A stretch of DNA of 41,430 nucleotides from an uncultured Bordetella sp. Lineage in GTDB: Bacteria; Pseudomonadota; Gammaproteobacteria; Burkholderiales; JACQAP01. The translations under genes and the position numbers were made by a program. The stretch spans positions 1 to 41,430 of the forward strand of contig CAYODB010000005.1 in the NCBI GenBank assembly GCA_964402495.1, given 5' to 3'. Shown piece after piece: positions 1 to 8,632 of this stretch. How positions within the stretch are numbered: position 1 is the stretch's first letter; each line of letters opens with the position of its first letter. The notes under the pieces are model-generated. The model searched no databases. It worked only from the letters and a program-made list of their open reading frames with translations, and was not told the origin of the DNA.

Positions 1-1560
1 GATCAGCACGCCGCCGGCGTGCATGCCGACGTTGCGGCTCAGGCCCTCGAGCTGCCCCGCGAGTGCCAGCAGTTCGCGGGTTTCTTCCTCCGACTCCTCG
101 CGCTCCTTCAGGCGCGGCTCCATTTCGCGCGCCATCTGCAGGGTGATCAGCTTGCCAGGCTGGAACGGGATCAGCTTCGCCAGTTCATCGGTGCGGCTGT
201 AATTCCACTCCATGACACGGCCGACATCGCGCACCACCGCCTTGGCAGCCATGGTACCGAAAGTCACAATCTGCGAAACCGAGTCCTCGCCGTATTTTTG
301 CCGGACATAGCCGATCACGCGGTCGCGCCCATCCTGGCAGAAGTCCACGTCGAAGTCGGGCATGGACACGCGCTCGGGATTGAGGAAGCGCTCGAACAGA
401 AGGTTATAGCGCAATGGATCGAGGTCGGTGATGCCCAGCGAGTACGCGACCAGGGAACCGGCACCGGAGCCGCGCCCCGGGCCTACCGGCACGCCGTTGT
501 TCTTGGCCCAGTTGATGAAGTCCGCCACGATCAGGAAGTAGCCGGGGAAACCCATCTGGATGATGGTCTTGATCTCGAACTCCAGGCGCTCGCGATAGGT
601 CGCCCGCTTCTCCTCACGCAAGTTCGCATCCGGATAAAGTTCCTGCAAGCGGGTTTCCAATCCGGCTGCGGAACGCTCGTGCAGATACTGGTCGAGCCCG
701 ACGCCATTGGGCGTGGGGAACAGGGGCAGATGCGACTTGCCCAGTTCGATGACGAAACTGCAGCGGCGCGCGATCTCGACCGAATTCGCGAGCGCCTGCG
801 GCAGATCGGCAAACAGCGCCGCCATCTCTTCCTGGGTCTTCAGGTACTGGTCTTCGGTGAATAGCCGCGGCCGGCGCTGATCCGACAGCACGTAGCCCTC
901 GGCGATGCAGACCCGGGCTTCATGCGCGACATAGTCTTCGCGCTTCAGGAATTGCACGGGGTGAGTGGCCACGACCGGCAGTTTCAGGTTCGAAGCCAGC
1001 CGGACGGCGCGTCTGACGTGGTGCTCGGCCTGAGACTCGCCGGTGCGCTGGATTTCGATGTAATAGCGTTGCGGGAACAGGGCGGCCCATTCCTGCGCCA
1101 GCTTTTGTGATTGCTGCAGGTTGTCCGCAAGCAACGCCTGGCCGACGTCGCCCAGATGGGCGCCTGACAGCGCGAGGAGGCCCTCGGTGCCGGTCTCGCG
1201 CATCCACTCCTTGCGGATCTCGGCCCGGCCGCGATGCTGGTTGGTGCGAAAAGCCCGCGTCAGCCAGTTGCACAGCCGGAGATACCCTTCGCGCGAGGCG
1301 CAAAGCAGCAACATCCGGGAGGCCTTGTCACGGTCGGCGTCGTTGCTGATCCAGACATCGCAGCCGATGATCGGCTTGAGCCCCTTGCCGCGTGCCGCCT
1401 GATAGAACTTGACCATACCGAACAGGTTCGACAGGTCGGTGAGCGCCAATGCCGGCATCGAATCCGCCGCCGCCTTCGCCACCGCATCGTCGATCCGGGC
1501 GATGCCGTCGACGATCGAGTATTCACTGTGCAGGCGGAGGTGGACAAACGTCGGTTGCAT
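1..1560 (-). CDS. dnaE: DNA polymerase III subunit alpha, N-terminal 520 codons (gene runs off the window start)
   Basis: Minus-strand frame is open from base 1 to the ATG at 1560-1558. Hand translation gives MQPTFVHLRLHSEYSIVDGI... and further in YFLIVADFINWAKNNGVPVGPGRGSGAGSLVAYSLGITDL, classic Pol III alpha PHP/palm motifs. It is absent from the ORF track because there is no stop inside the window. Track ORF +19..864 is its antisense shadow. Confidence 0.93.
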   Translation of the reverse strand, partial: MQPTFVHLRLHSEYSIVDGIARIDDAVAKAAADSMPALALTDLSNLFGMVKFYQAARGKGLKPIIGCDVWISNDADRDKASRMLLLCASREGYLRLCNWLTRAFRTNQHRGRAEIRKEWMRETGTEGLLALSGAHLGDVGQALLADNLQQSQKLAQEWAALFPQRYYIEIQRTGESQAEHHVRRAVRLASNLKLPVVATHPVQFLKREDYVAHEARVCIAEGYVLSDQRRPRLFTEDQYLKTQEEMAALFADLPQALANSVEIARRCSFVIELGKSHLPLFPTPNGVGLDQYLHERSAAGLETRLQELYPDANLREEKRATYRERLEFEIKTIIQMGFPGYFLIVADFINWAKNNGVPVGPGRGSGAGSLVAYSLGITDLDPLRYNLLFERFLNPERVSMPDFDVDFCQDGRDRVIGYVRQKYGEDSVSQIVTFGTMAAKAVVRDVGRVMEWNYSRTDELAKLIPFQPGKLITLQMAREMEPRLKEREESEEETRELLALAGQLEGLSRNVGMHAGGVLI

Positions 1561-1595
1561 GAAAGTTATTTTACGCTTCAAACGTGAAGGACTTC

Positions 1596-1749
1596 ACCGC
1601 CAAGGACGCCAGGGACGCGAAGTAAAACCCGGCAAAGGCACCCTTTCGATGGTAAAGCGAGATGCCGGCGGGTTTTGACTCATGGGAATTGTTCTTTATA
1701 CTCAGCGTCGCTTTTGATTTTCCTTCGCGTCCCTGGCGTCCTTGGCGGT
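1596..1749. repeat. Inverted-repeat cassette 1 (9-nt units, no cargo)
   Basis: Arm 1596-1622 is ACCGCCAAGGACGCCAGGGACGCGAAG and arm 1723-1749 is its exact reverse complement (27/27). The spacer is 100 bp. It lies between the divergent dnaE and trhO starts. Confidence 0.9.
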
Positions 1750-1803
1750 CAAGACTTGCTTTTGGTTGGTAAAATACGCGCACGAACCTCCCGTCCGCCT
1801 TTC

Positions 1804-2532
1804 ATGCAATTCATCAACCTGGCTGGCTACAAGTTCGTGAAACTGGACGGACTTGCGGAATTGCGCGCATCGCTGCGGCTGCAATGCGAGCATCTCGGCC
1901 TGAAAGGCACCATCCTGGTGAGCCCCGAGGGCATCAATGTCTTTGTCGCCGGGCCGGAGCGCGAGATCGGCGAATTCAAGGCCCTGCTGCTCGCCGATGA
2001 CCACTTCGTCGGCCTGCGCTTCAAGGAAAGCCGCTCCGCCGCCCAGCCGTTCAAGCGCATGCTGGTGAAGATCAAACCGGAAATCATCACGCTGCGTGTG
2101 CCCGGTCTGGATCCCGCGGCGAATCCCGCCCCGGCCCTTGCGCCGGCCGAACTGAAGCGCTGGCTGGACGAGGGACGCGAAGTGGTACTGCTCGACACCC
2201 GCAACGCCTTCGAGGTCGAAGCCGGGACTTTCAGGAACGCACTCCACCTGGACCTCAAGGCTTTCGGCGAGTTTCCGCAAGCTGTTGACGGACTGGACCC
2301 TTCGCTCAAGGACAAGACTGTCGTCACTTTTTGCACCGGCGGCATCCGCTGCGAAAAAGCGGCGCCCGTGCTCATCGGCAAAGGCTTTCGTGACGTCTAC
2401 CAGTTGCAGGGCGGGATACTTCAGTATTTCGAGGATAGCGGGGCAGTCCACTTCGACGGGCGCTGTTTCGTCTTCGACGAGCGCAACACACTGGACGGGG
2501 AACTGCGGCCCGAGGCCGTGAAAGCACAATGA
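1804..2532 (+). CDS. trhO: Rhodanese-related sulfurtransferase, UPF0176/YceA family (tRNA U34 hydroxylase TrhO-like)
   Basis: Track ORF 1675..2532. Its first 43 codons read through cassette 1, so I place the start at ATG 1804 (MQFINLAGYKF...). The CTGGIRCEKA active-site loop is typical of YceA/TrhO. Confidence 0.82.
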   Translation: MQFINLAGYKFVKLDGLAELRASLRLQCEHLGLKGTILVSPEGINVFVAGPEREIGEFKALLLADDHFVGLRFKESRSAAQPFKRMLVKIKPEIITLRVPGLDPAANPAPALAPAELKRWLDEGREVVLLDTRNAFEVEAGTFRNALHLDLKAFGEFPQAVDGLDPSLKDKTVVTFCTGGIRCEKAAPVLIGKGFRDVYQLQGGILQYFEDSGAVHFDGRCFVFDERNTLDGELRPEAVKAQ

Positions 2533-3440
2533 CCGCGGCACGCGAAACCCGTCGGGCAACGATCGTGATGATCCTGTTGGTGATCCTCTGGGGTTATAGC
2601 TGGATCACTTCGAAGATCGGCCTCGACTACGCCAGCCCCGTAGATGTCGTCGCGTTGCGCACGGGCCTGGGCATCCTCACGTTGCTGGTCGCCATCATCT
2701 GGACGCGCACTTCGATCCGGCCCCAGCACTGGGAAGCCTTGTTGTGGATCGGCCTGATCCAGACCGGGGCCTTCCTGCTGCTCAATACCTGGGCACTCTC
2801 CGAGGGGGGGGCCGGCAAGACCTCGGTGCTGGTCTTTACCATGCCCTTCTGGGTGCTGATTTTCGCCTGGCCGCTGCTGCACGAACGCATCAGCGGCCTG
2901 CAATGGATTTCCGTCGCGCTGGCGCTCGTCGGCCTGGCTTTCGTGCTCGAACCCTGGAACATGAGCACCTCGCTGTTCAGCAAGACGCTCGCGGTCCTGG
3001 CGGGCATGTGCTGGGCGATAGGTGTGGTCTACGCCAAGCGCCTGCACAACCGCGCGAAGGTCGACGCCCTATCGTTCACCTTCTGGCAGATGATCGTGGG
3101 CATGGTACCGGTCCTGATTGCCCTGGTTCTCGTCGAACGCCAGCCCATCGTCTGGTCGGACACGTTCATCGGCGTCACCCTGTTCAACGGCATCCTCGCG
3201 ACCGGGTTCGGCTGGCTGGCGTGGCTGTACGTCCTGCACCGTCTTCCTGCGGGAACGACCAGCCTTTCCGCGCTGGGAATTCCGGTCATTGCGATTCTCT
3301 CGTCGTGGATCCAGCTTGGCGAACAACCAGGGGGATCGGAGTTGATCGGCATGCTACTCATCGGTATCGCACTCGCACTGCTTTCCTATCTCAGCATCCG
3401 CAGGCGTGAGGTACCGGAGCCCATGACTGGGCAGGAGTAG
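2529..3440 (+). CDS. EamA/DMT-superfamily transporter
   Basis: Track ORF of 303 aa with an ATGA start/stop overlap with trhO. About 10 hydrophobic helices fall in two similar halves, as in EamA-type permeases. Confidence 0.82.
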   Translation: MTAARETRRATIVMILLVILWGYSWITSKIGLDYASPVDVVALRTGLGILTLLVAIIWTRTSIRPQHWEALLWIGLIQTGAFLLLNTWALSEGGAGKTSVLVFTMPFWVLIFAWPLLHERISGLQWISVALALVGLAFVLEPWNMSTSLFSKTLAVLAGMCWAIGVVYAKRLHNRAKVDALSFTFWQMIVGMVPVLIALVLVERQPIVWSDTFIGVTLFNGILATGFGWLAWLYVLHRLPAGTTSLSALGIPVIAILSSWIQLGEQPGGSELIGMLLIGIALALLSYLSIRRREVPEPMTGQE

Positions 3441-3443
3441 AGA

Positions 3444-4082
3444 ATGAAGACTCTGGACTGGTATTTCGATTTCATTTCTCCTTATGCCTATTTGCAGTGC
3501 GCAAGGTTTCCCGTGCTGCCCGCGGACACGCGATTGCGCATAAAACCGGTGTTGTTCGGCGCCCTGCTCGACAACGCCGGCACCCTCGGGCCCGCGGAAA
3601 TTCCCGGCAAGCGCGAGTTCACTTTCCGCCAGGTCCTGTGGCTGGCCAGCCGCAACGGAGTCAAGCTCAAAGTGCCGCCCCGGCATCCGTTCAATCCCCT
3701 GTCGGTCCTGCGGCTGGCTGTTTCTCTCGATGCGCCGCTGGATACAGTGAAGCGCATTTATGAATTCATCTGGGCCGAAGGCCGCGACCCTTCCGATCCG
3801 AAGGAGTTCGCCGCGCTCGCCGCCGAAATGGGCATTGCCGACGCCGACGCACGTATTGCCGATCCGCAGGTAAAGGCAAGGCTGAAAGCCAACACCGACG
3901 CAGCGATTGCCGCGGGCGTCTGGGGCGTGCCCACTTTCGTGGTGGACGGGTTCTGCTTCTGGGGATTCGATTCCGGCACGATGCTGCTCGACTACCTCGC
4001 CGACCCGACGATCTTCTCCGGCCCTGAGTACGCCCGCATCGATTCACTGCCCTCGGGCATCCAGCGAAAACCTCAATCTTGA
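3444..4082 (+). CDS. 2-hydroxychromene-2-carboxylate isomerase family protein (DsbA-like fold)
   Basis: Track ORF of 212 aa. The MKTLDWYFDFISPYAY N-terminus and overall pattern fit HCCA-isomerase/DsbA-like proteins. Stop TGA 4080-4082 overlaps the first bases of the cassette 2 arm. Confidence 0.75.
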   Translation: MKTLDWYFDFISPYAYLQCARFPVLPADTRLRIKPVLFGALLDNAGTLGPAEIPGKREFTFRQVLWLASRNGVKLKVPPRHPFNPLSVLRLAVSLDAPLDTVKRIYEFIWAEGRDPSDPKEFAALAAEMGIADADARIADPQVKARLKANTDAAIAAGVWGVPTFVVDGFCFWGFDSGTMLLDYLADPTIFSGPEYARIDSLPSGIQRKPQS

Positions 4083-4561
4083 ACCACGGAGGGCACGGAG
4101 AACACGGAGGAATGCAACATGGAAGATGACGAGCTTGGCACTCTGTTGATTGGTTGTGCAATTCAGGTCCATCGCGCGCTGGGACCAGGCCTCTTGGAAG
4201 GCGTGTATGAAGCCTGTCTTCTTCATGAACTGATGAAAACAGGAATTGAAGTCAAAAAACAGGTTCCTGTTTCGTTCCACTACGATGGAATTAATTTCGA
4301 CGAAGGCTTCAGAATCGACATCCTTTATGGCAATCGAATCGTGGTGGAGGTTAAGGCTTCTGAAAAACTTCTGCCAATTCATTCCGCCCAACTCCTGACT
4401 TATTTGAAGCTCATGAACTTGCGAATTGGATATCTCTTAAACTTCAACGTTGAACAAATGCGTCAAGGCGGTATAAAACGCCTCGTAAACGGCTAAGCCC
4501 GCACATTAATTCCATTGCCAAACTCCGTTTTTCTCCGTGTTCTCCGTGCCCTCCGTGGTTC
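4081..4561. mobile_element. Inverted-repeat cassette 2 carrying a GxxExxY gene
   Basis: Arm 4081-4109 is GAACCACGGAGGGCACGGAGAACACGGAG and arm 4533-4561 is its exact reverse complement (29/29). The interior is visibly AT-richer than the flanks and holds one ORF. Confidence 0.8.
4119..4496 (+). CDS. GxxExxY protein (TIGR04256-type, PD-(D/E)XK nuclease superfamily)
   Basis: Track ORF of 125 aa. It has the motif GLLEGVY (GxxExxY) and a D...EVK nuclease-like core (RIDILYGNRIVVEVKA). GGAGG at 4106-4110, inside the last arm unit, lies 8 nt upstream of the ATG. Confidence 0.85.
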   Translation: MEDDELGTLLIGCAIQVHRALGPGLLEGVYEACLLHELMKTGIEVKKQVPVSFHYDGINFDEGFRIDILYGNRIVVEVKASEKLLPIHSAQLLTYLKLMNLRIGYLLNFNVEQMRQGGIKRLVNG

Positions 4562-4581
4562 AGGACTAAATCTTGAAGCCA

Positions 4582-5436
4582 ATGAAGTCTGAATACTTAA
4601 GCATCCGAGGCCTGCGTTACCACATGCGAACCTGGGGCGACGCATCGGCGCCGAAGCTGTTCCTGCTGCACGGCTGGATGGATGTCTCGGCGTCGTTCCA
4701 GTTCGTTGTCGACGAACTGCGGCATGACTGGCATGTCGTCGCACCGGACTGGCGGGGCTTCGGCCTTTCGGAATGGACGCCGGAAGGCTACTGGTTCCCG
4801 GATTACATCGCGGACCTCGACGCGATCCTCCAGCACTACCAGCCGGAATCGCCCGCGTATATCGTCGGCCACAGCATGGGTGGCAACGTCGCCAACCTCT
4901 ATGCCGGCATTCGCCCCGAGCGCGTCGGCAAACTGGTGCTGGCGGAAGGTTTCGGCCTGCCGCCGACCAAGCCCGAGAAGGCGCCCGACCGGTTCGCTAG
5001 CTGGCTCGATGAAATTCGCACCCCTCCAACATTGCGGCCCTACGTGAATTTTGGCGCAGTCGCGCAGCGGCTGAAGGCCAACAACCCGCGCATTACCGAC
5101 GAGCGCGCCACGTTCCTTGCGCCGCATTGGGCCGAGCAACTCGACGACGGCAGCATCCGCTTGCGCGCGGACCCGAGCCACAAGATGGTGAACCCGGTGC
5201 TCTACCGGGTCGAGGAAGCCATGGCCTGCTGGAAGCGCATCACCGCGCCGACCCTATGGCTGTGGGGAGACGGGGAATGGATGATGAAGTGGATGAAAGG
5301 CGACAAGTCGTTGCTTGATCCGTATCGCGCCTGCTACCAGTCCCTGCACGAAGAAACTCTCGCGGATGCGGGCCACATGATGCACCACGACCAGCCCGAG
5401 GAATTCGCTCGGGCAATTGAATCGTTTCTTTACTAA
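4582..5436 (+). CDS. Alpha/beta-fold hydrolase
   Basis: The track ORF starts at TTG 4573, and ATG 4582 (MKSEYLSIRG...) is equally possible. It has the HGWMD oxyanion region and the GHSMGG nucleophile elbow. Confidence 0.85.
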   Translation: MKSEYLSIRGLRYHMRTWGDASAPKLFLLHGWMDVSASFQFVVDELRHDWHVVAPDWRGFGLSEWTPEGYWFPDYIADLDAILQHYQPESPAYIVGHSMGGNVANLYAGIRPERVGKLVLAEGFGLPPTKPEKAPDRFASWLDEIRTPPTLRPYVNFGAVAQRLKANNPRITDERATFLAPHWAEQLDDGSIRLRADPSHKMVNPVLYRVEEAMACWKRITAPTLWLWGDGEWMMKWMKGDKSLLDPYRACYQSLHEETLADAGHMMHHDQPEEFARAIESFLY

Positions 5437-5783
5437 TGCCGTTAAAAAACAGCTCTAACCGCAGAGGACGCGGATACCCTACGTGCGTAGCAGGTCGGAG
5501 TACCCTTTTAGGACGCAGAGGTAGCGCAGAGGAAAAGGCTGAAAGGGAATGCGTGTTGCATTCGCGGTCCGTTACAAATGAACGGCATACTGGCTAACGA
5601 CTGAATTTCAGGGTGAACACCTATGTACGCCCAGCCCTCAGTGGCGCCGGACATCTGCCAATCCTGGTCGAACCTGCCAATCACTTGAATTTGGATCGTA
5701 ACGACTATAGGACGTCTCTCAAAGAGGCATATACCCGACAACTTGCTTTGTACTGTTGACATCCCGGATTAAGGGGAATCGAG

Positions 5784-6671
5784 ATGAGCGAAAAATCATT
5801 GCCCGCCCTCGGCGGAAAGACCTTTGAAGAGCTTAAGCAAGCCAATGCCCACGGTGCGGAATACTGGAGCGCCCGCGACCTGCAGTCAGTATTGGGCTAC
5901 AGTCAGTGGCGGCGTTTCGAGCAGGCTATCGAGCGCGCCAAAACCTCTTGTAAAGAATCTGGAAACAGTCCGGAGCATCACTTTGCCGGCGCCGGCAAAC
6001 CGATCGCTGGCGGGAAGGGAGCTGTTCAACTCGTGGACGATTATCAACTTTCCCGCTTCGCCTGCTACCTCATCGCCCAGAACGGCGACCCGCGCAAGCC
6101 CGAAATTGCCCAAGCCCAAAAGTATTTTGCGGTACAAACCCGCCGTCAGGAACTAAGCGACCAGGCGGCGGCCGATCTGGAACGGCTGGAATTGCGCAAG
6201 CAAACAGCCGAGGAATTCAAAGCATTGTCCGGCGCGGCCCAGGATGCCGGCGTGCAGAACAAGATGTTCGGCGTATTTCACGACGCCGGGTACAAGGGTC
6301 TTTATGGCGGCTTGGGGCGCGACGCAATCAAGGTGCGCAAGGCCATTCCCGACAAAGACAACCTGCTCGACCGCATGAACGCCACCGAACTGGCCGCCAA
6401 TCAATTCCGGATGACGCAGACTCGCGACAAATTGGGTCGTGAACGAGTCCAGAACCAGACCCAAGCCATTCAGACGCATGAACAGGTCGGCAAGAAAGTG
6501 CGGGACGCCATCAAGCGAATCGGCGGAACACTGCCGGAGAACATTGCTCCAGCGGAACACATCAAGGAAGTCGAAAAGCGGCTCAAGACCGCAACACCAA
6601 AACTGGAGCTCGACGATCACGACGCGAGTGGTCTGCTGGGTGACACCCGCGAAAATCCCAAAGGTGAATGA
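5784..6671 (+). CDS. dinD: DNA-damage-inducible protein D (DinD) family protein
   Basis: Track ORF of 295 aa. The N-terminal block ...WSARDLQSVLGYSQWRRFEQAIERAK... and ...LSRFACYLIAQNGDPRKPEIAQAQKYFAVQTRRQE are as in proteins annotated DinD. GC is lower than in neighbouring genes. Confidence 0.7.
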   Translation: MSEKSLPALGGKTFEELKQANAHGAEYWSARDLQSVLGYSQWRRFEQAIERAKTSCKESGNSPEHHFAGAGKPIAGGKGAVQLVDDYQLSRFACYLIAQNGDPRKPEIAQAQKYFAVQTRRQELSDQAAADLERLELRKQTAEEFKALSGAAQDAGVQNKMFGVFHDAGYKGLYGGLGRDAIKVRKAIPDKDNLLDRMNATELAANQFRMTQTRDKLGRERVQNQTQAIQTHEQVGKKVRDAIKRIGGTLPENIAPAEHIKEVEKRLKTATPKLELDDHDASGLLGDTRENPKGE

Positions 6672-6787
6672 CGCTCGTTCATGATCGCGACCCCCATCTC
6701 CTGTTCTTACGACCGAATTGCGTTGAACCGGCAAGGAAAGCCGAAGCTTCACGATACATCCGCTGATCCGAAAGCCACGATAACTCT

Positions 6788-7054
6788 ATGCCCCAACTGA
6801 CTTGGCTCGGCGATCAAGAAGCCAAACGCACTGCGCGCAAAGTGCATTACCGGCTTCTCGATCCCGTCGAGCAGGCGGGCGATCCAGCCGCCGGAAATCT
6901 TCTGATCCAGGGCGACAACCTCGAAGCCCTCAAGGCGCCTCTGCCTTTCTACGCCGATCGGGTGAAATGCATTTTTATCGATCCGCCGTACAACACCAAA
7001 AGCGCGTTCGAGCACTATGACGACAATTTGGAAAATCAATTACCTCACAGTTAA
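6788..7054 (+). pseudogene. N-terminal fragment (about 82 native residues) of an N6/N4 DNA methyltransferase (type III Mod-like)
   Basis: MPQLTWLGDQ...NLLIQGDNLEALKAPLPFYADRVKCIFIDPPYNTKSAFEHYDDNLE carries the DPPY catalytic motif. It then breaks into 6 unrelated codons and a stop, whereas full-length enzymes are several hundred residues longer. Confidence 0.72.
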
Positions 7055-7204
7055 GGGAAGAGATACGCAACTGATCATCGGCTGATCGCACCTTCGGCCA
7101 GCGCCCCTGCCCTTTCTCTGCGTTGATTTTCCTCTGCGTCCTAAAAGGGTACTCCGACGTGCTACGCACGTAGGGTATCCGCGTCCTCTGCGGTGAGCGC
7201 TGCT

Positions 7205-8377
7205 CTAATCCTTTCTGAAGAAGTATGACCCACGCCAAAGCGTCAGGCACGCCGTTGCCAGAAACGCCGCCGCATAGCTGTCGCTGATCGCCACGATCAG
7301 CCAGAACATCATCGGCAAGACGACGACGCCCGCGTAAGTCATCGCCAGCGACGCACCCGTTGCAGCCGCCGCCTTTCCCTGCGGCGCGATGCGCGCCACC
7401 TCCGAAAGGTAGACGCCATTCCATCCTATAGCGGTCAGGCCGTATACGAAGCTCACGGCGAATATGGCCGCCACCGGCCAGGACGCCGTAAATGCGGCGG
7501 TCAGGAGGGCAGCGGTCGACATGCCGATGCCGATGGCGCCCAGCACTGCGCGCGGTTTCGCGAAGTTGTCGGCGACGATCCCCCATGCGATGCGGCCGAT
7601 GATTCCCGCGGCCATCGCCGTCGCCAAAGCCGCGCCGGCGAACTGGACGGAGAAGCCGATTCGCTGCGTGAGATAGACCACCAGGAACGTGCTGAGGCAG
7701 CTTTGCATGCCGGAGTACGTACTGGATGCGAAGCCCATTTCGCGCAGCCGCGGGTGCGCCAGCACCAGGCGCAGAGGTTCGAGCAGGCTCGCGGGTTTGA
7801 TAGGCCGGTCGAAATGCCGCGCAAGATCGACGACCGCGCGATAGGGCTGAATGACGAGCGCCAGTGCGACGCAGGCGAATCCCACGGCAAGGGCCGCCAT
7901 TCTCCATCCGTTCGTCACGATCAGCATTGGCACGATCACGCCTGCCATGGCGCCGCCGATCGGCACGCCGGTTTGCTTCAGGGAAAAAATCAGGCTGCGG
8001 ATGCGCTCGGGCGTGCGATCCGCCAGGATCGAAGAACTGGACGGGGTTACCGGACCGTAGCCCAAGCCCATGACCAGCGCGCCCATCGCGACCATCCAGG
8101 GGTTTGCCGTGGAAATCAGCGCAATGCCGGCGCCGCACAACAGCAGCGAATACTGGCTCATGCGCATCGGACCGACTTTCGCGATGATGCCACCGGAGAA
8201 CAGCGCGCCGAAGGTGGCGGCACCGAAAGTCAGTTCAGTAACCAGGCCAACCCAGCTTGCCGGAAACCCGATCTCATCGTGCGCGGCCGGCGCGAAGACC
8301 GGCGGCGCAAATACCGCCATCGACACCAGCGCCTGGATGGCCATGGTGACGATCAACGGCCAGATGACACCTTTCAT
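7205..8377 (-). CDS. MFS transporter
   Basis: Track ORF 7205..8548. The first 57 codons translate cassette 4 (FLRVLRVLRVL...), so I place the start at ATG 8377 (MKGVIWPLIV...). It has about 12 hydrophobic helices. Confidence 0.85.
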   Translation of the reverse strand: MKGVIWPLIVTMAIQALVSMAVFAPPVFAPAAHDEIGFPASWVGLVTELTFGAATFGALFSGGIIAKVGPMRMSQYSLLLCGAGIALISTANPWMVAMGALVMGLGYGPVTPSSSSILADRTPERIRSLIFSLKQTGVPIGGAMAGVIVPMLIVTNGWRMAALAVGFACVALALVIQPYRAVVDLARHFDRPIKPASLLEPLRLVLAHPRLREMGFASSTYSGMQSCLSTFLVVYLTQRIGFSVQFAGAALATAMAAGIIGRIAWGIVADNFAKPRAVLGAIGIGMSTAALLTAAFTASWPVAAIFAVSFVYGLTAIGWNGVYLSEVARIAPQGKAAAATGASLAMTYAGVVVLPMMFWLIVAISDSYAAAFLATACLTLWRGSYFFRKD

Positions 8378-8383
8378 TCTAAT

Positions 8384-8631
8384 TCTTGAACCACGGATAC
8401 CCTCGCCTAGCGTGGAGTACCCTTTTAGGACACGGAGAACACGGAGAACACGGAGGAAAACCAGGAAAGAGAATGGGCGTTGAAGAGAAGGGCAAGTTGG
8501 CAGCGACGATCCTATTCGTTGTGCGAGCATCGAATGACGGATATTCATGCCAGATCACTGCGCACCTCCCACGACCAGCTTGTCTCGTCCTTGTTTTCCT
8601 CCGTGCTCTCCGTGTCCTCCGTGGTCCAAGA
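8384..8631. repeat. Inverted-repeat cassette 4 (9-nt ACACGGAGA units, no intact cargo)
   Basis: The left arm 8384-8460 contains a 34-nt nested insert at 8396-8429. The right arm 8594-8631 is TTTTCCTCCGTGCTCTCCGTGTCCTCCGTGGTCCAAGA. The cassette fills the spacer between the metY stop (8633) and the MFS start (8377). Confidence 0.85.
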
Positions 8632-8632
8632 C

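Larger units (their letters stand above)
5451..7204. mobile_element. Inverted-repeat cassette 3 with 1.6-kb cargo (dinD-like gene plus truncated methyltransferase)
   Basis: Arms 5451-5538 and 7111-7204 are inverted copies. A 66-nt core, ACCGCAGAGGACGCGGATACCC...TTTTAGGACGCAGAGG, has 1 mismatch. The cassette occupies the whole spacer between the convergent stops at 5436 and 7205. Confidence 0.8.

Noticed and set aside
5508-5762. An 84-aa minus-strand ORF inside cassette 3 upstream of dinD
   Set aside because: It has no SD, runs into the repeat arm, has unremarkable composition, and overlaps the likely dinD promoter region. I could not support it.
7205-8548. N-terminal extensions of track ORFs that translate the repeats (for example FLRVLRVLRVL in 7205..8548; also 1675..2532, 22330..23241, 8386..8739 and 24654..25031)
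   Set aside because: The 9-nt periodicity keeps frames open by chance. The genuine genes have plausible internal starts, and the remaining ORFs have no other coding signal.
8473-8560. A possible relic of a GxxExxY gene in the spacer of cassette 4 (MGVEEKGKLAATILFVVRASNDG versus MEDDELGTLLIGCAIQVHRALGPG)
   Set aside because: The similarity rests on 5-6 residues and needs a gap. That is too weak without a profile alignment.
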